Assembly (NCBI GenBank): GCA_013265495.1
Contig: MU057889.1
Location: 1 to 64,000 of the forward strand
Direction: 5' to 3'
DNA length: 64,000 bases
DNA from: Vicugna vicugna
Taxonomy: Eukaryota
This document shows, piece by piece, positions 25,726-39,555 of this stretch. How positions within the stretch are numbered: position 1 is the stretch's first letter; each line of letters opens with the position of its first letter. The notes beneath the pieces were generated by a model that did no database searches, was not told the origin of the DNA, and saw only the letters and a list, made by a program, of their open reading frames with translations. The position numbers and the translations under genes are program-made.

Positions 25726-26929
25726 GAAAGATGGTTTGAGCCCTGAAGGAAAAGGGGAATTCTTCACAGCTCTATACCAGAACCCCCTGACCACGGAACA
25801 CATTTACCATGAACTGGCCAAGAAGTGGTTTTAACAGACATACACACACCATTAGCAGCTTTGCGTGTCACCTTCTCCAAGAATTCCCATCTTTGTAGAA
25901 TTCACATTCACTACACCGGAGAGCTAACGCTGCAGGAAGAAAGACGATGTTGAGAGAAGGGAAGCCCCACTGTAACCTCCCAGCTGGAATATTAAAATGA
26001 CCCTTGGAGCCAGCACAGCAGTTCTCGTCCTTTAATCAACTTTGCTGCTGGTGCTCTGAGTCTCTGAGGCCAGAATTTCTTGTTCCTTCTCCCAGCGCCT
26101 CTCATATTTACTGTGGGACTTGAGGACGTGTCGCCATCCCAGTCACCCTTTCTCACTTTGCTAGGAGAATTAAAATGTCGTGACAAACAGGGCGGCCTAG
26201 GGGCTAGGTAAGCGATTTCGTCCATCAGTGCTACTCTACTGTGCCTGGGATGTGCTGGCATTCTCTTACTTATTTATCCATGTCTATTTCCTAATCATAA
26301 ACCCACGGAGTCCTTTCTCTCAACCTCCTGAAGCACTCTGCTGCTTGTGCAATTATCCATGTGAGAGGAACGAGGTAGCCTGTACTGAAACACGTCACCC
26401 ACACCTAATGCCACAGAGCATTCCTCTTCCCTCCACTCTGAGCTCCTCAGGAAGATGAGCACTGAAAGCCCTTTGTGGATGCAGGACTGTGACAGAGAGT
26501 TGCTTCTGAGAACACCCATAGTAGGTCAGATCTAACCCAAGAGTGGAAAAGGAGGCCAGATATGAAAAGTTCACGGCCCAGGTGCAGAATTGTCAAGAAA
26601 TAGGGGACACAGAAGAGACATTTAACAGAATAACAGAATTTTCTTGCTCTCCAGGGCCAGGGAATAAAAGAAAAACTGTCAAACATCACAAAGGTCTACT
26701 GAGAGAACACAACACAAGCGCTAAGTGCTTGCCAGGACAAGCTGGTCTTATGTGGAGCACATCAATTCACAGAGCACAGGAGAAGAGAATAAATCTGGGA
26801 CTCAAAGTCATAAGGACCTGGGTTTAAATCCTTGCCCCTCCCTTATCAGAGTGTCCATCTAAAGCTGATTTTCACTTTCAGATTTTTTAATTGAAAATGA
26901 TCTTTTATTTATTTTTTTAAAAGGCTGTA

Positions 26930-28585
26930 GTATGCTGTCAAAAAGAACACAAATGGACATCCACATGCAAAAAAAAAAAAAAAGAGCCTAGATACAGACT
27001 TTACACCCTTCACAAATTTTACTCAAACTGGATCACAGACATAAGTGTAAAATGCAAAATTATGAAGCTTCTAGAGGATAACATAGGAGAAAATCTAGAT
27101 AACCTTGAGTTTGGTGATGACATTTTAGATATAACACCAAAGGTACAATTCATGAAAGAAAGAATTGGTACACTGGACTTCATTAAAATTAAAAATTTCT
27201 GCTCTGCAAAAGACACTGTCAAGTGGATGAAAGACAAGCAAAGGATTGGGAGAAAATGTCTGCAAAAGGCATGTCTGATAAACAACTGCTACCCAAAGCA
27301 TACTAAGAAATTCCAAAATTTAACACTAAGAAAACAAACAACCTGATTAAGATATGAACCCAAGACCTTAATAGAGATCTCACCACCAAAGAAGATAAAC
27401 AGATGTCAAATAAGTACATGAAAAGATGCTCCACATCGTATGTCATTAGGGAAATGAAAATAAAAACAACAATGACACACCACTAAACATCTATTAGAAT
27501 GGGCAAGATCCAGAGCACTGACAACACCAGATGCTGGCAAGAATGTGGAGCAACAGAAATTCTCATATATGGCTGCTTGAAATGTGAAATGGTACAGCCA
27601 CTTTGGAAGACAGATTAGCAATTTCTTACAAAACTAAATATACTTTTACCATAAGATCCAGCTGTCACATTCCTTGATATTTACTCGATTTACACTGACA
27701 CAAAAACCTATACACAGATATTTATAGCAGCTCAATGCCTAATTGCCAAAATTTGAAAGCAACCAAGGTGCCCTTTAGTAGGAGAACAGATAAATAGTGG
27801 TACTTTCAGACAATGGAATATTATTCAGCAATAAAAAGAAATGGGCTATCAAGCCATGAAAAGACAGGGAGGAAACTCAAATGTATACAGTTGACTTTCG
27901 AACAATGCAGGGTTTAAGGGCGTTAGGGGTGCCAATCCCCTATACAGTTGAAAATTCATGTATAAATTCATATATAATTTTACAGTCAGCCCTCCATATC
28001 CATGGTTCAGCACCTGTGGATTCAACCAACCATGGATCATGTACTATGTATTTGTTGGAATAAATGTGCATATAAGTGGACCCACGCAGTTCAAATCCAT
28101 GCTGTTCAAGGGTCAACTGCATTACCAAGTGAAAGAAGCCAATCTGAAAAGGCTGCATACTGTATGATGTTCATACTATATGACATTCTGGAAAAGGCAA
28201 AACTACAGAGACAATAAAAAGATCAGTGGTCTCCAGGAGCTACTGGGGAGGGAGGCACGCATAGGTAAAGCACAGAGGATTTTGGGGGCAGTGAAACTAG
28301 CCTGTATGACACTATAATGGTGGAAACAGTTTATTATACATTTGTCCAAACCCATAGAATGTACAATGCCAAGACTGAACTCTAATGGAAATCATGGACT
28401 TAGGGCGATAATGATGAGTTAGCACAGGCACTACTGTGGTGTGGGGTAATAGCAGGGGTGGCTGCGCTTGTGTGGGGACAGAAAATACATGAGAAATTCG
28501 TACTTCCTCATGTACTTTTCTCTGTACTCATTTTTTGTGACCCTAAAACTATTCGAAGAATGAAAGTCTATTTAAAACAAAAAAA
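26930..28585 (+). mobile_element. L1MC-like 3' portion with a nested MITE
   Basis: ORF2 fragment KLLEDNIGENLDNLEFGDD..LDFIKIKNFCSAKD and an L1MC-type 3' end. Confidence 0.8.
27888..28119. mobile_element. TcMar-Tigger MITE (MER8/Tigger2-like)
   Basis: Terminal inverted repeats CAGTTGAC..GTCAACTG, TA on the left flank, about 232 bp. Confidence 0.8.
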
Positions 28586-28609
28586 GTAAGTGGTCTAAAA
28601 ACTGACACC

Positions 28610-29450
28610 AGCAAGGAGGCAGACTAGGATGCCTGAGACCCTCATCCCCCCACGAAATATTAAAACGACAACAGTAACTAGAGACTGGCTAAAATAACTT
28701 TATAAGAGCTCCGGAAAACAAAAACATACAGCAGCCAAGCCAATGTCCAATCAGGAAAAAAAATACCTAAAAAGTTGAAGGAATTTTTGTGGAGTTTTTA
28801 TTTGCCTTTGTTGTTCCTTTCCCTGGTGCAGTGTAGTTGGGAAAGTCAACCTCAGGCTGGAAGAGCAGAACAGGATGTATTCTGTTCTTACGGAGTCGTG
28901 TTTCCCTGCTTTGTTGTTTCCGATGGCTCTGCGTTGATACCTGCACATGCGCAGTCATCTCTGGCAGCCTTTTTGCACTGGCTTCAGTGGAGAAAGGCTT
29001 CACGTGGAGGTGGCGAGGAGGGCATCAGCTGGATGGGCTGCAGCATCTCTGGCTCCTGAGACGGAAAGTGGTACAGTCTGCATTCAGCTCCATCAGAGGA
29101 AGCTGATGTCAAACGGCCTTGCCGGGGTCTTTGGTGGCCAGGACTGCAGAGGTCCTGCAGGTGGCGCTGCAGGGAAGGGCCGCTAGGATCCTTGGGGCGA
29201 CGGCTGCTGGGGTCTTCCTATTCCCCTTTTTTTGCCCACAGGAGGAAGTTCTGACTGAAGGGATCCTTCTCCACCACTGGTTTGGTGCACCGGCACTCAG
29301 AGCAGAATCTGGAGCCTGTGCCTGCATGCAGGACCTCCATTTCTGCGGACCTCGGACAAGCTATCGGGGCTGACAGGCTTCTGTTCTGATGACTCCTGAT
29401 GGGGGAGAAGGTGCAGGGGGCCTGGGAGTGGGATCCCTGGCTCCTCCTAA
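28610..29450 (+). mobile_element. Old L1 5'UTR-like GC-rich fragment
   Basis: Motif aaaataactttataagagctccggaaaac..ttttgtggagtttttatttgcc recalls L1M 5' ends. Confidence 0.45.
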
Positions 29451-30204
29451 TACCCCCCCCCCCGGAGATAACATTTGATATCAGTTGACATTCAATATCC
29501 ACATTCTATATACGATTTTACTCTGTAAAGTATATTTTTTAAGAAATATGTGTGTGTGTATATTTATCATGAAAAGGTCAATGGGATATATATTAATTAT
29601 AACGTTTCTCTCTAATGATATATTTGGATGGCTTTTTAAATAACTTAATTTTGCAATACTTTTAGATTTACAGAAAAATTTTGTCACAACTAATGAAATA
29701 CATTAGTAAGTTAACCTTACACTCCATACTGTATTTAGATTTCATTAGAGTCTTGCCTAGTTTCTGTTTTTTCTTCCAGGATTCCACATTTTATTTTCTC
29801 ATCATGTCATTACCTCCTCTGGGTTGTGACTGTTTCTCAGATTTATTCCTGTTTTTTATAACATTCAATTTGGGGGGGGGCATATGGAACAGGTATTTTG
29901 TGAATGTCCCTCAATATGGGTTTTTAAAAATATTTCACTAGACCTGGGTTATGACTACGTAATATCAACCTGCCTTATCATGAATAATATTAACCTTGAT
30001 CACCTGCTAAGAAGCTATTTGCCAGAGTATTTCTTGTAAAGTTACCTTCTCCCCTCATTTCTGTGCTTTACTCTTTGGAGCAAGTTGCAGAAGTTTTTGA
30101 TTTTCTGTTGTTAACTTATTTGTATTTTCCAAGTTTCCTACAATATCCACAGAATTTCCATTGGTCATTCATGAAGTGAGGAGGGTGGGTGACAAAAAGC
30201 AGGA

Positions 30205-31125
30205 GTTTGGGGGGGGTTGTTTTTATTTTCACTTTCATTGAGAAAAATGTATCTTTTTAATTTCTCTTTTTGTTTCTCAAAATTTTAATTATGGTAAAAA
30301 CACGTAAGTAAAATTTACCGTCGTAACCATTTCTACCGGTACAGTTAAGTAACGTTAAGTATATCCACACTGTTGTGAAACAGATCTTGAAAACTTTTTC
30401 ATCTTGCAAAACTGAAACTCTGTGTCCACCAAGTAGTAACTCTCCATTCCTCACCCCGCTTCACACAAGCCCCGGGCAACCACCATTACATTTTTTTCTA
30501 CAGGCAAACCTCAGAGATAGTGCAGGTTCGGCTCCAGATCACCACAATAAAGCAACTATCACAATAATCAAAGCAATCAAGGATGTCTGTATATGGATCT
30601 GACTCCTTGAGGAACCTCGTGTAAGTGGAATCATATGGTATTTGTCATTCGGATACTGTCTTGTTTTTCTTAGCACAAGATCCTCAAGGTTCATCCATAT
30701 GGCAGCTTGTATCCAACTTTTCTTCCTTTTTAAGACTGAATGACATTTCTTCATATATATGTACCACATTTTATTTATCCATTTATTGGCTGGTGAACAC
30801 TTGGGTAGCTTCCACCTTTTGGCTATTCTAAATAATGCTGCTATAAACATGGGTGTGCAAGTATCTCTTCGAGACCCTGTTCTCAACTCTTTTGGATCTA
30901 TACCCAGAACTGGAATTGCTGGTAATAACAACAATATGATAATAATAGTAACAAGGTGATTATACTTTTAATATTTTGAGCAATCATCGTGCTGTTTTCC
31001 ATAGTGGCTGCACCATTTTACATTTCCACTAACAGTGCACAGGAATTCCTCTTTCTCCACGACCTTATCAACACTTCGTTTCCTTTTTTTGGGATATCAG
31101 CCATCCTAATAGGTGTGAGGTGATA
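30205..31125 (-). mobile_element. L1 3' fragment with an embedded Tigger1 5' end (about 30501-30575); present only in the first duplication unit
   Basis: ORF2 C-terminus [31 protein letters not shown]; caggcaaacctcagagatagtgcaggttcgg resembles the Tigger1 TIR. Confidence 0.8.
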
Positions 31126-32741
31126 AAAGGCAGTTATTGAAACAATAAAAATCCCTCTCATTGGTCTTGCCTCCATCACAGTGACCTCCTCCCCTGACAG
31201 TTCTTTTTAGTGGGACCAGATATAAGTGCACACATCTTAATACAGGCGGGAATATCTGGGTTGGGTTTTATTGCCACTGATTTTGATGGGGCTGTTGCTG
31301 AAATATTTACATATAATAACAAGGCTCTGGCTTAGGCTAAGCTTCTTAGTGGCTAATTCAACTTGTCTTCCTTTCTGTCTCCTATCTCAGCTCAAATTTA
31401 GTGGAGAAATGTTTGAAATATTTAAATTTGATATCCTGAAAGAAAAGTACATTTTTAGAAGATTTTTCTTAAGACTTTGAAATTTTTTAACTAAATAAAA
31501 GTCATAAAGTGATTTAATTTATTCCTTTTTAGTCTTTTAGAGAGAAATATAAAATGTTCCATTTAGTTTGTTTTAAATTTTGAGTGGGAAACAGTCAAAA
31601 ATAAGTAACAAAAAATACAAATAATAATCTCCATTTCTTGTAGCAAACAGCAAAGGAAAAGAGAAAGAACGTATTTAAGACAAGTGATGGAAATTTTAAA
31701 AAAGGAGATGGACAAAAAGAGCAGGAAATATTATATGCAGAAGAGGAGAAGATGTATATATACACATTGCTACAGTTGTAACAAGAGGATTTTTACGTTA
31801 AACGAATGTAAACACCAAGAAGAAAAAAAAATGTTTCTTTGATTAAAAGCATAAAGGTTACTCTTCATATGAAAGATACCATTCCATTTTCTCCATTCCT
31901 CCCAAACTTCTCAAGCGGTTGCCTATCCTATTTCCTCCTGTCACAGCCCACCCATTCCTCAATCCATTGTCATGTGGTTTCTGTGCCTCTTCTCCATTGA
32001 ACCTGCTCTGCCAATAGCATGCAAGTTGTCACAGAAAGCAGAAAGTGACACTCTGCAGTCCTGGTTCTCCATCTACTTCTGTGACCACCACCCATGGCTC
32101 TTTCCAGAGAGTGACTTTCAACCACTTTTTATTTTGCTGGTCTCTAGCATCAATGATCTGTCCACCCTCACTCCCACCTCACTCACTAACAACCTCTTTA
32201 AGTCTTATCACCTAAGCTATCAGTAGATTCTGACCATGTCCATAGCATCTTAATCTGATGATCCCACTTTTTCTGCCTCCAGCCTTGGTATCTTCTTGGA
32301 CTTCGAGGCCCCTCTGTCCATCTGCCAGTTGGACACATTTTCCTGAGCTTCCCACTGACCCCACAAACTCCTGACATATAAAATGGAACCCATCACCTTT
32401 CTGGGCACATTGTAGTCCCTTCTGAGTTGGTGGGATTAGAAGCCAGGCAACCAGAGAAGTAGAGTGACTGTGAGGGATCAGGGAACACAAGGTGAGGTGG
32501 GCTGTGACTTGCAGATGTGAACGAAGCAGAGAGGTGAAACACAGATGAACCAAGAGCACTTGGTGTCAGGGGGAAGGAGCCAGCGGCCAGGGGAGAGGTG
32601 AAGAGGGATACGTGGAGGAGACAGGAGGTTCCTGCATGTTCTTCAGGAGCACACGTGGAGGGATACAGGACCAGAGATGCCAGGAACAGAAGGGTGAGTG
32701 GACACCACTGCTGACAAAGGAATTTGCTGTTAGCAAGCCTA

Positions 32742-34095
32742 TCATAATCGTCCTCTTCCATAATAACTATTACAGAACTCTTGACCTTTACAGCAAAAAG
32801 TTGAAATCTTCAGGTCCCCATTATAGAAACTTGAAGATGAACAGTAATCAAAACAGTCCAACTCAGTGTGGTTGTAGAGCCATCCAGCTGGAAGAGAAGG
32901 ATATTCACACTCAATACCTAGAACTAAAGTAAGAGGACCTTCCCCAACCACACCAAGCCTGGTCTCCAGAGTAGGGACACATCCACCTCCCAGCAAGGGC
33001 TCCCTCAGACTGGAGCCCCTACAGTGTCAGGAGCCAGGGGCCAGCTCAAGCTGGAAGAACCTGGCTTAAAAGCATTACCTTCCTCCGAGAAAATGTAGAA
33101 ATCTCTGGTTCTGCATCCAGGGCCTTGTTCCATCGTGCAATTGCCTTTGCCATTCAAACATTGACCTTTTTTAAAATTTCGGCAGACCATACACAATGTA
33201 TCTGGAGCTGCAGAAAACAGACATGAAGGCTGATCCTAGAGTTCCAACAGGCTGATGTTAAGGTGGGCTAGACCACTGACAGAGCCAAGAGGTCAAGTGA
33301 AAAACATGATCCTAAATACTTCCTCCAATTTACTCTTAAAGCCGGGAAATGTTTGCATCATATTATGACCACCGATTCTTTAAGGATCTGGGGGTTTTCA
33401 TACAGGGATCTTGATTCAATTAAAAATAAAGTGAAAGCTGTCCCCTTTGCTAAGATGCCATTATGCAGAACATTATCTACATACAGCCACCTGAGACCAG
33501 AATATCATGGGACATGAGGAGAGTGCTGGCTCCAAGGTGGGGATGCAGTCTCACAAAATTTCCTACTATATTCCCCACAAAAGATACCGGATATCCAAAC
33601 ATATCTAAGTGACAACTGCATTTACAATGGAAGTATCAGTTCAAGATAAGCCTTTCAGTGACCTGTTCTTGACAGATCACTGCTTCTCAGCTGCTTCTTT
33701 ATAGAAAGTCTTGAGCAACCACTGGCTCTGCCTCTTAGGACCATCCCAGCAAGCCACAAAATCTACAAGTGACAAGAGCTCCCAACCCCAATCGGCCCCC
33801 GGGAGTGACTGACCCCACTCTGAAACCTTGGAAAGGAAGTCACCTCTTTCCCTGGCAGCAGTCGGGGTGGGGATGGCAGAAAGAGACCTCAAATCCCTGC
33901 CGGTCAGGTCATCCCAGAACCTCATCCCTGACTCTGTCCCCTCCCAAGCTGGCCAGGTCATCACCCCGGAGCTGCTCCCCAGCCTACCTCCACAGCCTAC
34001 TCCCTGCCCAGCGACCACAGGCACTCACCCACTCCCTGGAAGAACACGAGCGGGAAGACTCCCAGCAGCAGAAGCAGAAGCAGGAGCCTGTCCAT
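32742..34095 (-). CDS. Unnamed PATE-family three-finger protein, paralogue D, 113 aa; exons 34095-34029, 33207-33079, 32887-32742
   Basis: [113 protein letters not shown]. Ten Cys, GT-AG phase 1, AATAAA at 32128-32133 (minus). Confidence 0.9.
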
Positions 34096-34689
34096 CCCGG
34101 TCTGGGGTGGCGGGAAGATGCAGAGGTGGCTGGAGGGGGGGAGCAGAGTGCCCGGGAAGGGCAAGGACAGGCTGCCCTCGCGTGCAGATGAGGGGGCTGA
34201 GGAATCTGCACTGAGCTGCTCCTGGGCTGTGGGTAGAAGCTTCCTTTTACGCACCTGCCAGTGGGCGTTTCACCGTCACACAGGCCCAGGAAACATTCCC
34301 ACAGAATCAGCCACCTTGGACACTTCCGAGGACAAATGTCCCACGTGCCCCTCCTGTTCCCTGGAGGCTGCCTCCTGATCAATGGGGGACACGATGCCTG
34401 ACCAGATTCGCTGGGCCCCTGAGCAATGCCTGACTCTTCCTAGACATTAATGCCTCAGGCCCAAGAACATGAGCTTCTAATGTGGGCAGAAATTTGCTAA
34501 AAGAGCCATTTCCCCTGGGTCCAGTGTCCCCTATGACTACCTCCCCTCTTGTCCCACAACCCAAGCCAGTACCCACGCTGGGCAGGCACTTGCCCCAGAG
34601 CTCAGAAAGCATTCATCCAGAGGTGCAGTCTGTGCCTTTCGCTTTTTTCTTCCCCCTCCTTCTGTTTGTACCCAGTTAGGATCATGGCC

Positions 34690-35115
34690 CTTTGCTAAAT
34701 AAAACACATTCATGACACTTGTTAAAAGCAGTAAAGTAGACTTTCTTCAGGGTGACAACTATAATGGGGTCTTGTAGTAGGGAAGAAAACTCAGACTCAA
34801 CTCTGAACACAACAAGGACAAGTAGAGATTTATAGCCAAGGAGCAGAGTGGGAGTCAGTGATGCAAAGTTACTAAGAGGAAACATCAAATCTATGGGAAA
34901 TCTTGGTAAGCTGGCTTAACAGGATTCTTGCTGAAGGCAGGGCAGGGTGATAAGATATGGAGACAGGGAATGAAGAATTTGGTCAGATATCAAGGTGGAA
35001 GATTTTTACTAAACTGATCCAGCAAAATTCTTGCTAAAATCGGACTAACTGTGCTAAGGGCAGGGCCAAGGTCAGGAACTAGTCAAAAAGAGTACTCAGA
35101 GAAGCTTGATTCTAC
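34690..35115 (-). mobile_element. ERV1 solo LTR (MER31-like)
   Basis: gacaagtagagatttatagccaaggagcag..actaagaggaaacatc and catgacacttgttaaa match the MER31 consensus as recalled. Absent from the second duplication unit. Confidence 0.65.
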
Positions 35116-37744
35116 AACCACTGCTACAAATGCAAATACATCATTTAGGATATATCATCAGCTATCATAAACACGTCATTAACAGATACACAGCAAACAC
35201 CATCCAAACAACAGAATAGAAGACTTAGAGATAGATAGGTGGCTCCATTATTTACAAAGGATAAAATAATTTCTACCATATTCAACTCTCTTATTTTTCT
35301 TAACCCTAAAAACATAGACCCATATTTACTAAGCTAGATTTATATAGATAGAGGCAATCACTTACTGCTCCAAGACTTGGCTGGAAGGCTCAGAATTTTT
35401 ACAGACACTTGATCAATATGGACTAACGAGGGTGGGGCCCATAAGACAAATAGGGAACAAATATTTTTCTTATTTTTAAATTACAGGAAACTACTTATAT
35501 TCTCTAAAGTGTCTTCACCGCACTCATCATGCTTAATAAAAATAACCAAGCCCCCAACTAGAGTGTTCACACCTAGAGACGCAGTCAAGGGAAGAGAAGG
35601 ATGTAGGAGCAAGATCCCAATGTGCAGGCTGGGCGCCGGAGATAACGTTCCAGGTCACAGGGGCAGTCTCCCTTCCCCTCCCTCCTCCTCCATCTAGACA
35701 ACCTTTTCATGGCAGAGACCTTGACACTCAGGTTCACCATTAGCCAGAAGCACTCGGCACAACACATGGTCCAGTAATATTTCTGACTCAACAAGAATAA
35801 TAGAACAAATAACTGAATGCACGAAGGTCTGCCAGCCCAGAAAGCAACTACGGGAGGGAAAAGGCCAAGAACCTCAACGCACCCACAGACTGAGAGTCCA
35901 GCTGCATCCCACACTTTGAGAGAAGAGATATAAGGCGTGAGGGCTCTCCTTCACCACTTTCAGAAGACAAAGATTGTTCAGAGTAAGATGCTGCAGGAGT
36001 GTGGGGCGCATGAATGAATGATTTCATTTTTAGCCAGTCTCCAAACTGAGCAACTTCGCTGAGTAACCCAGGGTCCCCTGTGTGTTCAGCCTGCCTCTCT
36101 AACGACAGCGGAATTCCAGAGATGCTCATGTTTCCCAAGTGCTACGCCACCCCCATCATAGGTATGCAAGAACAGAAGGTGAAGGAGGAGTAGAAAATGG
36201 AAGAAACAAGTAGGATATAAACATTATTGGAGCTTCCAAAGAACACATTTCTTCTTCCATAGCATTATTTTACTGAAGATACACTGTTCTGTGCAAACTT
36301 GAAGGATGTATTCATAATAACAGTGCAAAATGCATAGTGTATAGTGTAGTATTATAAAGGGACATGTTATCACTAAGGAATCTTGGAAAAGAGTGAAAAA
36401 CAGAAAATGATGATTTGGTTAAATCTTCTCATGGAAATGTATGCTCCCTGAACATTGATGGTGTTTCCAAAAGGAAGGATGTTTGCTTTACTGTGGAATT
36501 CTTTCAGCATTATGTACTTGTTCTATCTAGAGTGCTTATTGTAAACAAATCTTCTAAAGATTTAGGGGATGTGGTCCCACTAGGAAATGTCTGTGACAGC
36601 TATCTAGCTATAATAAAATAAAATGGAGATGCTATATGACTAAAACAGCTCCACACATAAAGTTAAATCTATACCAGAAAAGGCCATGATCTCACATTCC
36701 TGGCAAGCCTTCCTTCATCCACTCTTCCCCGTGAAGTTTCTTAAATAACATTCCATAACGTGCCTATATCAGGTTGTACTGGAAGATAATGGTCATTTTA
36801 AATAGTGGAGTTATGCTGGATGATACATGCACATCCCTGAAAAATGTGAACGTTTTCTGGTTTTTCAGGAGAGGAGACTTCAGAGGTCCATCAGGAATTG
36901 AGAGCTTGATAAGTGTCATTTATTACATTTATCCTGAGCCCATGAGACTCCTAAAGCTGGGAGAGATTTAACAGTTGGTCCTAATCCATGACTTTATTCC
37001 AAGTTTACTTACTAAATTACCCCTTCACTCCTCACATATTTCAGTCTAGGGAATAAATTATATGGTCATTCTACATAGCGGTCATCAGGGACAACCTCCC
37101 TCCCAGTCCAGGAAACTTCTTCTTGCCCCATTCTCATCTTAGAGAAAATGTTTTCTGCTTTTCACCACTGGGTACAATGTTAGCTGTGGGCTTGTCATAT
37201 ATGGCCTTTACTATGTTGAGGTATATCCCCTCTATACCTACTTTGTTGAGAGTTTTTATTATAAATGAATGTTGAACTTTGTCAAATGCTTTTTCTGCAT
37301 CTATTGTGATGATTATATGAATTGTATCCTAGGATATCCTGGAGTCTGCTATACTCTATCGTCTAAAAGACTCTTGAGAAACTTGTAATTTATGGATAGC
37401 AACTACATTCAAGAATATGAGATAATCACTTATTCTTACAAAACTGTAATAATTCTTACAGAGACTCTAATACCCAATAGTAGGCATTTAAGCAGGGAGA
37501 TCCCACACATGGTGGCATCCCTGCACTATTTTAACCCACACTCATGTCAGTGTCACATCAAACCCTTTCTAATCTACTCTGGCCAGGCAGGAGAAGGAAA
37601 CTTGAGAGGACCCCTTCCCCACTGGCTTTTCTCACACCATTTCTTCAAGTTGGTGTTGATGTCGACCTTGATCACCTGGCTGAGGTACTGTTTGTCAGGC
37701 TATTCCAAGTAAATTTATGTCTTTCCCCTTTCCATACTATGTGC

Positions 37745-38595
37745 TTTGTTTTTTCGTTTATTGAAGTATATAGTCAGTTTACAATGTGTCAATTTCTGGT
37801 GTACAGCATAATAGTTCAGTCATACAGGTACATACACATACTAGTTTTCATACTCCTTTTCATTATAGGTTACTACAAGATATTGAATATAGTTCCTTGT
37901 GCTACACAGTATACTTGTTTTATCTATTTTATATATAGCAGTATCTGCAAATCTCAAACTCCCAATTTATCCCTTCCCATTCCCTTCCCTCTCTGGTAAT
38001 CATAAGTTTGTTTTCTATATCTGTGAGTCTGTTCCAGTTTTGTAAATAAGTTCATTTGTTTTTTTTTAGATTCCACATATGAGTGATATCGCATGGAATT
38101 TTTTTTTCTTTCTGGCTTACTTCACTTAGAATGACAATCTCTGGGTCCATCCATGTTACTGCAAACGGCATTATTTTATTCTTTACTATGGCTGAGTAGT
38201 AGTCCATTGTATAAATACACCACAGCTTCTTTATCCAGTCATCTGTCGATGGACATTTAGGTTGTTTTCATGTCTTGGCTATTGTGAAGAGTGCTGCTAT
38301 GAACACTGGGGTGCATGTATCCTTTCAAATTAAAGTTCTCTCTGGATATATACCCAAGAATGGGATTGCTGGATCATATGGTAAGTCTATTTTCAGTTTT
38401 TAAGGAATCTGCATACAGTTTTCCATAATGGCTGCAGCAAACTGCATTCCCACCAACAGTGTAAGAGGGCTCCCTTTTCTCCACACGCTCTCCAGCATTG
38501 TCTGTGGACTTTTGAATGATGGCCATTTTGACTGTTGTGAGGTCATACCTCACTGCAGTTTTGATTTGCATTTCTCTGATAATTAGCGATACTGC
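37745..38595 (-). mobile_element. Young L1 3' fragment
   Basis: Reverse complement of the same L1 3'UTR and ORF2 end seen at 6870-7700. Confidence 0.85.
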
Positions 38596-39555
38596 ATACT
38601 ATGCTCTTTCAAAGCAAGTCACTGAGTAGCTCAGTGAGTCTGTTTTTAACTCTTCTGCTAACTTATTTGTAATTTTCAAATATTTTATGATAGCTAAAAT
38701 TTACATTGCTCATGAGAGTATGGCTAAGAAAGCAGTTTTTAAATAAAGGCCTATCACTATTCCTGCCTCCATCACCCTGGCTCATCCACAGTTCTCTTTA
38801 ATACCGCAAGATCTAACTAAACAAGCTCTAAGTAGGCTGGAATACTTGAGTTGATTTTTCCCTAGTGATGCTCATGGAGTTGTTCTTGATGTTTAAGAGT
38901 TGATACGGATTTGGCTTAGGCTGTGCCCCACAAGAGCTAATCCATCCGGCTTTACCTTTTATCTCCTGTCTCACTTCAATTTAACAGTTTTCCATAATGG
39001 CTGCAGCAAACTGCATTCCCACCAACAGTGTAAGAGGGCTCCCTTTTCTCCACACGCTCTCCAGCATTAATTGTCTGCGGACTTTTGAATGATGGCCATT
39101 TTGACTGTTGTGAGGTCATACCTCACTGCAGTTTTGATTTGCATTTCTCTGATAATTAGCGATACTGCATACTATGCTCTTTCAAAGCAAGTCACTGAGT
39201 AGCTCAGTGAGTCTGTTTTTAACTCTTCTGCTAACTTATTTGTAATTTTCAAATATTTTATGATAGCTAAAATTTACATTGCTCATGAGAGTATGGCTAA
39301 GAAAGCAGTTTTTAAATAAAGGCCTATCACTATTCCTGCCTCCATCACCCTGGCTCATCCACAGTTCTCTTTAATACCGCAAGATCTAACTAAACAAGCT
39401 CTAAGTAGGCTGGAATACTTGAGTTGATTTTTCCCTAGTGATGCTCATGGAGTTGTTCTTGATGTTTAAGAGTTGATAAGGATTTGGCTTAGGCTGTGCC
39501 CCACAAGAGCTAATCCATCCGGCTTTACCTTTTATCTCCTGTCTCACTTCAATTT
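38415..39555. repeat. Near-perfect tandem duplication of about 570 bp (38415-38982 and 38984-39555)
   Basis: Both copies begin acagttttccataatggctgcagc and end gtctcacttcaattt. By eye they differ by two substitutions and one 4-nt indel. Confidence 0.92.

Noticed and set aside
26228..26458. Cys-containing ORF (EALCCLCNYPCE..)
   Set aside because: Spacing does not fit an LU exon and there are no supporting splice sites.
32888..32917. Alternative upstream in-frame acceptor for paralogue D exon 3 (adds 10 aa including a Cys)
   Set aside because: The downstream acceptor has the better pyrimidine tract and matches paralogue E.
35585..35914. 109-aa ORF repeated identically at 43586-43915
   Set aside because: Identity is explained by the homogenised tract and there is no recognisable protein features.
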